A stretch of 64,000 nt of DNA, taken from NCBI GenBank assembly GCA_930987745.1, contig CAKNKX010000004.1, positions 4,025-68,024 of the forward strand, written 5' to 3'. The notes beneath the pieces are model-generated. The model was given only the letters and a program-made list of their open reading frames with translations, did no database searches and was not told where the DNA came from. This stretch comes from an uncultured Clostridium sp. Its GTDB lineage: Bacteria > Bacillota > Clostridia > TANB77 > CAG-508. Position numbers and translations under genes: made by a program. Shown one piece after another: positions 31,941 to 41,054 of the stretch (its first letter is position 1; the number at the start of each line of letters is the position of its first letter).

Positions 31941-32834
31941 ATGGGAAAATATGATTTAACAATTGCTGATATAAAAAATAATGCAAATAGATTTTTATCT
32001 TATATTTATGCAACTGCTAGAAGATCGCAAGAACCAGAAATAGACTTTATAGTGGCTGGACCGGGAGCAGGAAAAAGTGGGGTAGAGAGTTATTTAAAAA
32101 ATAAATTTAAAAAAAGAGATGAAAGATGTGCTGTTGTAAGTTCTGATAAAATAGCTGAATTCCATCCGGATTATGAAGATATTATTGAAGAATTGCCTGA
32201 AGTTTGTTATAAAGTTACAAGGCAGTTTGTAAGACCTGCTACGCCAATAATATTTGAAGAACTGAAAAATAATAATATTAATATACTAAATGAAAATACT
32301 TTTGATAAAGGACAATCAGATATAGAATTTGTAAAGAAATTCAAGGATTCAGGGTATAAAATAAAAGTACATATAATTGCAACAGATATGTATATTAGTA
32401 GGCTATCTTGTTATGAGAGAGAAGCTAGAATGTTACAAGATGGAGATACTCCAAGAGGAGTTTCAAAAGAAACGCAAACAAGAATGTATAATTCATTTAT
32501 AGATGAAATTACAGAATTGGAGAAGTTAGGTTATTGTGATGAATTAAATGTATATATAAGAGGCGAAAACATTAATAAACCAGAATTAGTATATCAACTA
32601 GGTGATAGCAAATATAAAAATTTTAAAGAAGCCATAATAGAAGAAAGAAAAAAACAAAGAAAAGCAGTATTAGCAAATCCATCAGAGTATCTAGCTAAGA
32701 TTAAAGAAGTAAGCAAAATAATTGAAAGAGATGGAGTAAATGAAGTTCTAACAAGCAATTCGCTTGAGGGGTTAAAAGAATTACAAAAAGATTTTATAGA
32801 AGAACTAGCAAAAGAAAGTGATATGGAAAAATAA
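31941..32834 (+). CDS. zeta toxin family P-loop kinase
   Basis: AGPGAGKS Walker A, SSDKIAEFHPDY and NENT. Confidence 0.75.
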   Translation: MGKYDLTIADIKNNANRFLSYIYATARRSQEPEIDFIVAGPGAGKSGVESYLKNKFKKRDERCAVVSSDKIAEFHPDYEDIIEELPEVCYKVTRQFVRPATPIIFEELKNNNINILNENTFDKGQSDIEFVKKFKDSGYKIKVHIIATDMYISRLSCYEREARMLQDGDTPRGVSKETQTRMYNSFIDEITELEKLGYCDELNVYIRGENINKPELVYQLGDSKYKNFKEAIIEERKKQRKAVLANPSEYLAKIKEVSKIIERDGVNEVLTSNSLEGLKELQKDFIEELAKESDMEK

Positions 32835-32937
32835 AAAGATAATGAAAAGAGATACACAAATTGGTAGTGTATCTCTTTTCATTGTCTTTTTATTTAAAAT
32901 ATAATATAATTATGCATATAAAAAAGAGGAGGTTACT

Positions 32938-34087
32938 ATGAAACAAGAAATAATTTTACCAGATTATAATCATTCAATTTTAAATTTAATAACAACAGTT
33001 CTAAAATACTATAATGTAGATACAAATCATACTAGTTTAGGGTCATTAGAAAAAATCATGACCAAAAAATACAAAAATATTATTTTCTTAGTATTAGATG
33101 GAATGGGAGAACATATATTAAATAATATTTCGCCAAATGGATTTTTTAATAAACAAAAAATAGATTGCATTACTAGTGTATATCCATCAACTACCACTGC
33201 AGCCCTTACAACATATTATTCACGGAAAACCGCCATATGAAACAGGATGGATTGCATGGTCTCAATATTTTAAGGAATATGGAAGAGCAATAGATATGTT
33301 ATCACATAAAGAGTCATATAAAAGAGATTCTTTAGAAGGTGCAAGTATTGATGTGTTTGAATCAGTTGTAAATTATATACCTATATTTGAACAAATAGAA
33401 AATTCTTCAGGAACAATAGCTTATGAGATGACACCTTCATATTCAGACAAAAGAGCTAAAAGGAGTATTAGAGCTGATTCACTAGATGAAATTATAGAAA
33501 ATATAAAAATGATTGTAAATATGCCAAATGATAAGTTCATTCTTGGATATTCAGATAATCCAGATGGATTATTACATAAATATGGAACTGACTCAGAAGA
33601 AGCCAAAGAATTGATTTTAGAAGCAGAAAATAAAATAGAAAAATTATATCATGAATTACCTGAAGATACTTTAGTCATAATTTCTGCAGACCATGGACAT
33701 AAAAATATAAATAAAGCATATACTTTATTAGACTATCCGGAAATTCAAGAATGTTTAATATTGCCACCATCTTTAGAATCAAGAACAGTTTCTTTTTGGG
33801 TTAAAGAAGAGATGAAAAAAGAATTTGAGGAACGTTTTAATAAAATATTTAAAGATGAATTTTGGTTAATGACAAAAGAAGAATTTTTGGAAAAACATTT
33901 TTTAGGTTATGGTAATAAACATCCAAAAATAGATGATTTTATAGGTAATTATGTTGCCTTATCAATTTCAGATAGTATAATAAGATTAGAAACATTTTTA
34001 GCAGAAGGAAAAAAAGTGAAAAAATCAACACATTGTGGTTTGACTAAAGATGAGATGGAAGTACCAGTAATTGTTTTGGAAAAATAA
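32938..34087 (+). CDS. alkaline phosphatase/nucleotide pyrophosphatase family protein; needs +1 skip at CGG 33223-33225
   Basis: LVLDGMG, SVYPSTTTAALTTYYS-(C)GGA-KPPYETGW, SADHGH and HCGLT.DEM.VP. Confidence 0.88.
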
Positions 34088-34151
34088 ATATATGATATTT
34101 AATAAATTATTAAAGATGCATTTTTTAATGCATCTTTTTCACAAATAAAGT

Positions 34152-35009
34152 TTAATTTAAACCATATAAATTGTTATCAACTAAAAGTTTTGCTCTTTTT
34201 GCTGTCTTTTCGTCAGAGTGTAATGCGTTTTTAATAAAATCAGGATGTTCTATCAAAAATTGTTTCATTGTTTCATCAGGATTTTCAAAGAATTTTTTTA
34301 ACATTTGTAATTGTTTTTCATTAATAATATTATTTTTATAAGCTGTTTCAAACATGGTATTATCTACATTAACTAAAGAAAATGCTTTTACACCCTCAGC
34401 TTCTATTTTATCTTTTCCACCTTGCATACGGTCAACAACGACACAAGACCAACACATTTGTCCACCAATATTTTTTATAGCTGGTATCCATGCTCTTATG
34501 TAGCTAGATGCGACTGTTATTAAATCAGCAATATGTAAAACTTTTTTATTTTCAAGATTTGTTATTTTTTCTGTTTTTTCAAACTTACTATCACTAACAA
34601 CAGCAGATAAATCTTTATAAATAGAAATATGTGGTTTATCTAAAAGATATGCAATTATATTTGAGAAAAACCAATCTCTTCTTTCTCCTCCGGAAATATA
34701 ATCTACTTCTGAAATATCAATGTTTTTTACAATATAGTCTTTCATAAAATCAATAACATTACAATAAATTTCATTTTCATTATATTGTTTTAATACTTTT
34801 TGAAATACCTTTTCAGGCAAAGTCATTTTATCAGCTAAACACTCATCAATAAAAGAAAGCAATGAATTTGCATCTTCTTGGCTTCCATAAACAAAATGAG
34901 TGTTAATAAAATATGGACCTATTTTACCAGAAGTGTACCAAAATGGTTTGTTTTCTTCACAAAATCTTATAGCTTTTGTTTCAAATAAATATGACATAAT
35001 ATCAGACAT
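34152..35009 (-). CDS. pyrE: orotate phosphoribosyltransferase (atypical long form)
   Basis: FWYTSGKIGPYFIN, IADLITVASS and VVDRMQGG; divergent from the pyr operon. Confidence 0.75.
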   Translation of the reverse strand: MSDIMSYLFETKAIRFCEENKPFWYTSGKIGPYFINTHFVYGSQEDANSLLSFIDECLADKMTLPEKVFQKVLKQYNENEIYCNVIDFMKDYIVKNIDISEVDYISGGERRDWFFSNIIAYLLDKPHISIYKDLSAVVSDSKFEKTEKITNLENKKVLHIADLITVASSYIRAWIPAIKNIGGQMCWSCVVVDRMQGGKDKIEAEGVKAFSLVNVDNTMFETAYKNNIINEKQLQMLKKFFENPDETMKQFLIEHPDFIKNALHSDEKTAKRAKLLVDNNLYGLN

Positions 35010-35151
35010 AAAAATTCCTCCTTAACTTTATTAAACACATAATAATACAAATAAAAAAATAAATCAATAGGCAAAAATTAGTCTAGATACAAACTTGACT
35101 TTTAAATTGTTTTTATATATATTATTAATAATTAAAAAAAGGGGGAGAGTA

Positions 35152-36237
35152 ATGAAACATTTAATTGATATTAAAGAATTATCTATAAAAGAAATTGATG
35201 AACTTATAGAAATAGCAAATGATATCATGGCAAATAAAGAAAAATATGCAAAAAAATGTGAAGGAAAAATACTAGCTACTCTATTTTATGAACCAAGCAC
35301 AAGAACAAGATTAAGTTTTGAATCTGCAATGATGGAATTAGGAGGAAATGTACTAGGATTTTCTTCTGCAAATTCTAGTTCTGTTTCTAAAGGAGAAAGT
35401 GTGTCAGATACAGCAAGAGTAATAAGTGGATATGCAGATATAATAGCTATAAGACACCCAAAAGAGGGAGCACCATTAGTAGCCTCAATGAAAGCAGAAG
35501 TACCAGTAATTAATGCAGGTGATGGAGGACATAACCATCCAACACAAACTTTAACAGATTTATTAACTATTCAATGTGAAAAGCACAGATTATCTGATTT
35601 AACAATAGGTATCTGTGGTGATTTAAAATTCGGAAGAACAGTTCATTCTTTGATAACATCAATGTCAAGATATACAAATATTAAATTCGTATTAATTTCA
35701 CCAAATGAATTAAAAATACCAGACTATGTAAAAGAAAATGTATTAGATAAAAATCATATAGAATATATTGAAACAACTAGTTTAGAAGAACATATGAAAG
35801 ATTTAGACATTTTATACATGACAAGAATACAAAAAGAAAGATTTACAGATGAAGCTGAATATGTAAGACTAAAAGATTCATATATTTTAAATAAAGAAAA
35901 ATTAAAAACAGCTAAAGAAGATTTATGTATAATGCATCCATTGCCTAGAGTAAATGAAATATCAGTAGATGTAGATGATGATAAAAGAGCCTGTTATTTC
36001 AAACAAGCTAAATATGGTAAATTTATAAGGATGGCACTAATTTTATGGCTTTTAGAAGCAAAAGAAAATAAAAATAAAGAAAAAAATTCTAATTCTGAAA
36101 TAATAGATGTTATAAAGTGTAGAAATCCAAGATGTATTACATCAATAGAGCAAGAATTGCCACATATTTTTGAAGTAGTAGACAAAGAAAATGGAGTATA
36201 TAAATGTAAATACTGTGAAAATCAAATAAAAAAATAA
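35152..36237 (+). CDS. pyrB: aspartate carbamoyltransferase with C-terminal PyrI-like Zn-binding domain
   Basis: [20 protein letters not shown]; tail CRNPRC...CKYCE. Confidence 0.93.
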   Translation: MKHLIDIKELSIKEIDELIEIANDIMANKEKYAKKCEGKILATLFYEPSTRTRLSFESAMMELGGNVLGFSSANSSSVSKGESVSDTARVISGYADIIAIRHPKEGAPLVASMKAEVPVINAGDGGHNHPTQTLTDLLTIQCEKHRLSDLTIGICGDLKFGRTVHSLITSMSRYTNIKFVLISPNELKIPDYVKENVLDKNHIEYIETTSLEEHMKDLDILYMTRIQKERFTDEAEYVRLKDSYILNKEKLKTAKEDLCIMHPLPRVNEISVDVDDDKRACYFKQAKYGKFIRMALILWLLEAKENKNKEKNSNSEIIDVIKCRNPRCITSIEQELPHIFEVVDKENGVYKCKYCENQIKK

Positions 36238-36258
36238 ATTTAATATAGGAGGAAATGT

Positions 36259-37536
36259 ATGAAATTATTATTAAAAAATGGAAAAGTTTTTGATTATAAA
36301 ACAAAATTAAATAATAAATATGATATCTTAATAGAAAATGATAAAATTGTAAAAATAGAAAAAAACATAAATGAAACTGCAGATAAAGAAATAGATTGTA
36401 CAAATCTTAATATTATACCAGGAATGATTGATATTCATTGTCATTTAAGAGAACCAGGAGGAGAACATAAAGAAACAATTGAAACTGGTTCGAAAAGTGC
36501 AGTTGCAGGCGGGTTTACAACCATTTGCCCTATGCCAAATACAAAGCCAACACCAGATAATGTAGAAACATTAACATATATTATAAATGAAGCAAAAAGA
36601 GTAAATTTATGTAATGTACTACCATATGCATCTGTAAGCAAAGGAGAAAAAGGAGAAGAACTAGTTAATTTTGAGGAATTAAAAAAGGCAGGAGCAATTG
36701 CTTTTTCAGATGATGGAATGCCAGTTGTAAATAGTAGAATGATGAGACAAGCTATGATAGAAGCAGATAAACTAGGAACATATGTAGCATCACATTGTGA
36801 GGAAAAATCTGTATCAGCAGGTGCAATAAACGCAGGACTTGTTGCAGATAAATTAGGTGTTCAAGGTGTATTACCAGAGGCAGAAGAAATTATGGCAGCA
36901 AGAGAGATTGTTATATCAGAAACAAATAATGTAAGAGGACATATCTGTCATATTAGTACAAAAACAAGTAAAAATATGATAAGAGATGCTAAAAAAAGAG
37001 GAGTAAAAATCACTTGTGAAACTTGTCCTCACTATTTTACATTTACAGTAGATGAAGTATTAAAATCAGGAACAAATGCAAAAATGAATCCTCCATTAAG
37101 AGAAGAAAAAGATAGACAGGCAATTATTGAAGGATTAAAAGAAGGAACAATTGACTGTATTATAACAGACCATGCACCACATTCAGAATCAGAAAAAGAT
37201 GTAGAATTAGCAAAAGCACCAAATGGAATAATTGGATTTGAAACAGCACTTTCAGCAGAAATAATGAATTTAGTAGACCCAGGACATATTGATTACTTAA
37301 ACTTAGTAAGACTTACATCATATACACCTGCTAAGATATTACATATAGATAATGAAAGAGGAAGTATAGAAATAGGGAAAAAAGCAGATGTTACAATATT
37401 TGACCCTAATGAAGAATATATCTATACAAAAGATATGATAGTTTCAAAATCTAAGAATAGTCCATTTATTGGAAAAAAATTAAAAGGAAAAGTAAAATAC
37501 ACAATAGTAAATGGAAGAATAGTTTGGGAATTTTAG
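36259..37536 (+). CDS. pyrC: dihydroorotase
   Basis: DIHCHLREPG, KMNPPLR and TDHAPH. Confidence 0.93.
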   Translation: MKLLLKNGKVFDYKTKLNNKYDILIENDKIVKIEKNINETADKEIDCTNLNIIPGMIDIHCHLREPGGEHKETIETGSKSAVAGGFTTICPMPNTKPTPDNVETLTYIINEAKRVNLCNVLPYASVSKGEKGEELVNFEELKKAGAIAFSDDGMPVVNSRMMRQAMIEADKLGTYVASHCEEKSVSAGAINAGLVADKLGVQGVLPEAEEIMAAREIVISETNNVRGHICHISTKTSKNMIRDAKKRGVKITCETCPHYFTFTVDEVLKSGTNAKMNPPLREEKDRQAIIEGLKEGTIDCIITDHAPHSESEKDVELAKAPNGIIGFETALSAEIMNLVDPGHIDYLNLVRLTSYTPAKILHIDNERGSIEIGKKADVTIFDPNEEYIYTKDMIVSKSKNSPFIGKKLKGKVKYTIVNGRIVWEF

Positions 37537-37614
37537 GACTTACCTAAAAATTTCTGAATCAATAATAAAAAATATAAATTTAAACTGTAAAATATTGAAA
37601 GGAATGGAATTGAA

Positions 37615-38538
37615 ATGATAAATGCAATAGATAGATTAATTGATAAAATCAAAGAAACAAACAATCCAACAGTTATTGGATTAGATCCTAATTATGAAAT
37701 GATACCAGATTATATCAAGAAAAAATATGATGAAGATTTAGAAGGAGTATCAAAAGCAATTATAGAATTTAATAAAACAATAATAGATGAGATTTATGAT
37801 ATAATTCCTGCGATAAAGCCAAACATAGCTTTTTATGAGATGTATGGTCTGCCAGGAATAAGAGCTTTTGAAGAAACTTGTAGATATGCAAAAGAAAAGG
37901 AAATGTTAGTAATTGCAGACATTAAAAGAGGAGATATTGGAAGTACAGCTAGAGCTTATTCAAATGCTTTTTTGGGTAAAATAAAAATAGGAGATAAGGA
38001 AGAGAGTATCTTTGATGTAGACTTTGTAACTTTAAATCCATATTTAGGAATAGATGGGATTAAACCATTTATAGAAGATTGTCATAAATACAATAAAGGT
38101 GTATTTATTATTGATAAAACATCAAATCCATCTTCAGGAGAATTACAGGATTTAAAGCTTGAGACAGGCGAGGAATTGTATGTTAGAGTAGCTAAACTAA
38201 TAGAAGAGTGGGGCAAAGATTTAATCGGAAAATATGGATATAGTAGTATCTCATCAGTAGTAGGAGCAACATATCCTAAACAATTACAACATTTAAGAAA
38301 ACTAGCACCACATACTTTTTTCTTAATACCAGGATATGGGGCACAAGGAGGAAAAGCAGAAGATATCACACTAGGTTTTGATAAAGATGGAATTGGTGGA
38401 ATTGTAAATAGTTCAAGAGGGCTTATGTATGCATACAAATCAGATTTATGGAAAGATAAATATTCAGCAGAAAACTTTGCAAAAGCAACAAGAGCAGAAG
38501 CCTTAAGAATGAAAGCTGATTTAAATCAGGGGATTTAA
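37615..38538 (+). CDS. pyrF: orotidine-5'-phosphate decarboxylase
   Basis: GLDP, DIKRGDIGST and PGYGAQGG. Confidence 0.93.
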   Translation: MINAIDRLIDKIKETNNPTVIGLDPNYEMIPDYIKKKYDEDLEGVSKAIIEFNKTIIDEIYDIIPAIKPNIAFYEMYGLPGIRAFEETCRYAKEKEMLVIADIKRGDIGSTARAYSNAFLGKIKIGDKEESIFDVDFVTLNPYLGIDGIKPFIEDCHKYNKGVFIIDKTSNPSSGELQDLKLETGEELYVRVAKLIEEWGKDLIGKYGYSSISSVVGATYPKQLQHLRKLAPHTFFLIPGYGAQGGKAEDITLGFDKDGIGGIVNSSRGLMYAYKSDLWKDKYSAENFAKATRAEALRMKADLNQGI

Positions 38539-38594
38539 GGGACGTACCTAAAAATCCCTGTAAAGAGGGATTTTTGCTCCGTCCCCAAATTCTC
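38528..38594. repeat. REP-like palindromic element overlapping the pyrF stop
   Basis: GGGACGTACCTAAAAATCCC ... GGGATTTTTGCTCCGTCCCC, similar to 9885-9950. Confidence 0.65.
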
Positions 38595-38620
38595 AAATTT
38601 TCTTAAAAAGGAGGTAAAAT

Positions 38621-39412
38621 ATGTCAAAGCAAATATTTGCAGAATTAGTAGAAAAAGAAGAAATTATTAAGGGGGTTTATAAGTTTGGTGTAAAGGCAAG
38701 CGAAATTGTAGAAAATGCTAAGCCTGGAAATTTCATAGAAATTAGAGTTACAGACCAGGTAGAACCTTTTTTACGTAGACCAATTAGTATCTACAACTTA
38801 GATAGAAAAAATGGAATTTTGGAATTTATTTTTCAAGTAAAAGGTAAAGGCACAGATTTATTATCAAGAAAAGAAATAGGAGATAAAATAGATATTATAG
38901 GTCCATTAGGATATGGAACTTTTAAAATGGACAATTATCAAAAATTAGCAATTATTGGTGGAGGAATTGGAATATTTCCATTATATGAACTTGCCAAAGA
39001 AGCAAAAGAGGCTAAAAAACAAGTTAATACTTATCTTGGATTTAGAAATAAAGATTTTGTTATGTTAGAAAAAGAGTTTGAAAAAGTATCTGACAAACTA
39101 ACAATCACAACAGATGATGGAAGTTATAAAAACAAAGGTTTTGCAATTGATTATCTTATAAAAAACATGGAAGAAGAACATTTTGATTGTATATATGCTT
39201 GTGGCCCACTTCCAATGTTAAAAGCAGTCCAAAAATATGCTAATGAAAATAACATCAAATGCCAAATTTCTTTAGAAGAAAAAATGGGTTGTGGTTTGGG
39301 GGTATGCTTAGGTTGTGCAGTAAAAACGGCAAATAGTACAAAGGAGGCTCCTCAATATTTCCATGTGTGTAAAGGTGGCCCAGTATTTAATAGTAAAGAT
39401 GTAGAAATATAA
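38621..39412 (+). CDS. pyrK: dihydroorotate dehydrogenase electron transfer subunit
   Basis: LRRPISI, GGGIGIFP and MGCGLGVCLGC..CKGGPVF. Confidence 0.93.
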   Translation: MSKQIFAELVEKEEIIKGVYKFGVKASEIVENAKPGNFIEIRVTDQVEPFLRRPISIYNLDRKNGILEFIFQVKGKGTDLLSRKEIGDKIDIIGPLGYGTFKMDNYQKLAIIGGGIGIFPLYELAKEAKEAKKQVNTYLGFRNKDFVMLEKEFEKVSDKLTITTDDGSYKNKGFAIDYLIKNMEEEHFDCIYACGPLPMLKAVQKYANENNIKCQISLEEKMGCGLGVCLGCAVKTANSTKEAPQYFHVCKGGPVFNSKDVEI

Positions 39413-39427
39413 GAAAGGGTGAAAAAT

Positions 39428-40336
39428 ATGAATACTAAAGTAAACTTTGCAGGAATTGAGATGAAAAATCCAGTAACTGTTGCATCAGGTACATTTGGTT
39501 ATGGAAGGGAATTTGCTGATTTTTTTGATTTAGGAAAATTAGGAGCTGTTATTACAAAAGGAACTTCTTTAAAACCAAAAAGTGGCAATAAACCATCTAG
39601 GATATGTGAAACACCAAGCGGAATGTTAAATAGTATTGGACTACAAAACCCAGGTGTGGAATATTTTGCAAATAATGATTTACCATATCTTAGAAAATTC
39701 GATACTAAAATCATTGTAAATGCTTGTGGAAGTTCTATAGATGAATATGTTGAACTATGTAGAATTTTGAATGATTTAGATATAGATGGTGTTGAATTAA
39801 ATTTATCTTGTCCTAATGTTAAGGAAGGATGCATGGCATTTGGAAATACTTATGAAGGAGTTAAGAAAGTAACAAGTGAAGTTAGGAAAGTATTAGATAA
39901 ACCTTTAATTGTAAAACTAACTCCAAATGTGACAGATATAGCAGGAATTGCAAAAGGAGTAGAAGATGGGGGAGCAGATGCTGTTTCATTAATTAATACA
40001 TTATTAGCAATGAAAATTGATATTTATAAAAGAAAACCTGTACTTGCAAATAATACAGGTGGATTATCAGGACCTGCTATTAGGCCAGTTGCTGTAAGAA
40101 TGGTATATCAAGTAGCACAGGCTGTTGATATTCCAATTATGGGATTAGGTGGAATCATGTCTGGTGAAGATGCAATAGAATTTATGCTAGCAGGTGCAAC
40201 AACTGTTTCAATAGGAGCTGGTAATTTTGTAGAACCATATACAAGTATAAAAACAATCCAAGGAATTGAAGAATATATGAAAAAATGCAATATAGATGAT
40301 ATTAATAGTATAATTGGAAAAGTAGAAATGAATTAA
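39428..40336 (+). CDS. pyrD: dihydroorotate dehydrogenase (class 1B)
   Basis: ASGTFGYG, ELNLSCPNV, VKLTPNVTDI and GGLSGPAI. Confidence 0.93.
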   Translation: MNTKVNFAGIEMKNPVTVASGTFGYGREFADFFDLGKLGAVITKGTSLKPKSGNKPSRICETPSGMLNSIGLQNPGVEYFANNDLPYLRKFDTKIIVNACGSSIDEYVELCRILNDLDIDGVELNLSCPNVKEGCMAFGNTYEGVKKVTSEVRKVLDKPLIVKLTPNVTDIAGIAKGVEDGGADAVSLINTLLAMKIDIYKRKPVLANNTGGLSGPAIRPVAVRMVYQVAQAVDIPIMGLGGIMSGEDAIEFMLAGATTVSIGAGNFVEPYTSIKTIQGIEEYMKKCNIDDINSIIGKVEMN

Positions 40337-40377
40337 ATAATATAAAGAAGGTAGCAAATAAAGCTACTTTCTTTATA

Positions 40378-40911
40378 TTATATCGCCCCATCAGTTGGAA
40401 TATAACTCTCATCAGGAGGATAGACATATTCTTCTGTAGGTCTTGTTGTTTCAGTTAATTCTAGAACTTTTACAATTGGCATATCTCCATGATATTCTCC
40501 TTTTGTAATTTCACCTGTAATTGTAACCCAAGTACCATCTTTTAAATCTTTTGCATTTTCATATTCGCAAAGAAAACCAACTACAACAGCTTGATTATTA
40601 AAAGAAATAATCATATCACGAGCTAAAACAAATTGATTATCTTTCAAATCTGAAACACGATACACATATCCTGTAAATTGAAATTGTACTCCAACATAAG
40701 AATCAATATTATCATGTACAGCCTTTAAAATATTAGTGTAATTTTTTGTTTGTATTTCTGAGATATTTTTGTTATTTGCATAAGATTTATCAGCCCCATT
40801 AAATATTTTCCAAACAACACTGCCCATAATAAATATAAGTAAAATTAAGATACAAATAAATATTATTCTAAAAGTTTTGCTACCATTTATTTTAATATTA
40901 TAAACAAACAT
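40378..40911 (-). CDS. DUF1980/TIGR03943 C-terminal-like membrane-anchored protein
   Basis: N-terminal TM; FVLARDMI...VGFLCE...WVTITG...YVYP. Confidence 0.55.
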   Translation of the reverse strand: MFVYNIKINGSKTFRIIFICILILLIFIMGSVVWKIFNGADKSYANNKNISEIQTKNYTNILKAVHDNIDSYVGVQFQFTGYVYRVSDLKDNQFVLARDMIISFNNQAVVVGFLCEYENAKDLKDGTWVTITGEITKGEYHGDMPIVKVLELTETTRPTEEYVYPPDESYIPTDGAI

Positions 40912-41054
40912 AATAAACTCCTCACTTCTCCGTAATATTAATACAATTCTATGATATATATTTTTAAAATATGAAATAAAATACTTGATAAAATCCCATT
41001 TTAGTGATATAGTTACAAAGTAAAAAAGTAAGAAGGAAGGACTGAATTTTAAAA

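Noticed and set aside
1443-33225. Simple CGG reassignment to another amino acid (Gln, Trp or Gly as a triplet)
   Set aside because: A triplet reassignment would not change frame; every site needs a +1 shift to continue the protein.
1443-33225. Homopolymer sequencing error as the cause of the extra C
   Set aside because: Only 3 of 21 sites have a preceding C; 13 follow T and 5 follow A. A more complex artefact remains possible until reads are checked.
1323-34087. Interpreting the split genes as ordinary pseudogenes from genome decay
   Set aside because: All 21 lesions are the same event at in-frame CGG with no accompanying stops or other indels; real pseudogenes here (HEPN, RhuM, initiator) show different lesions.
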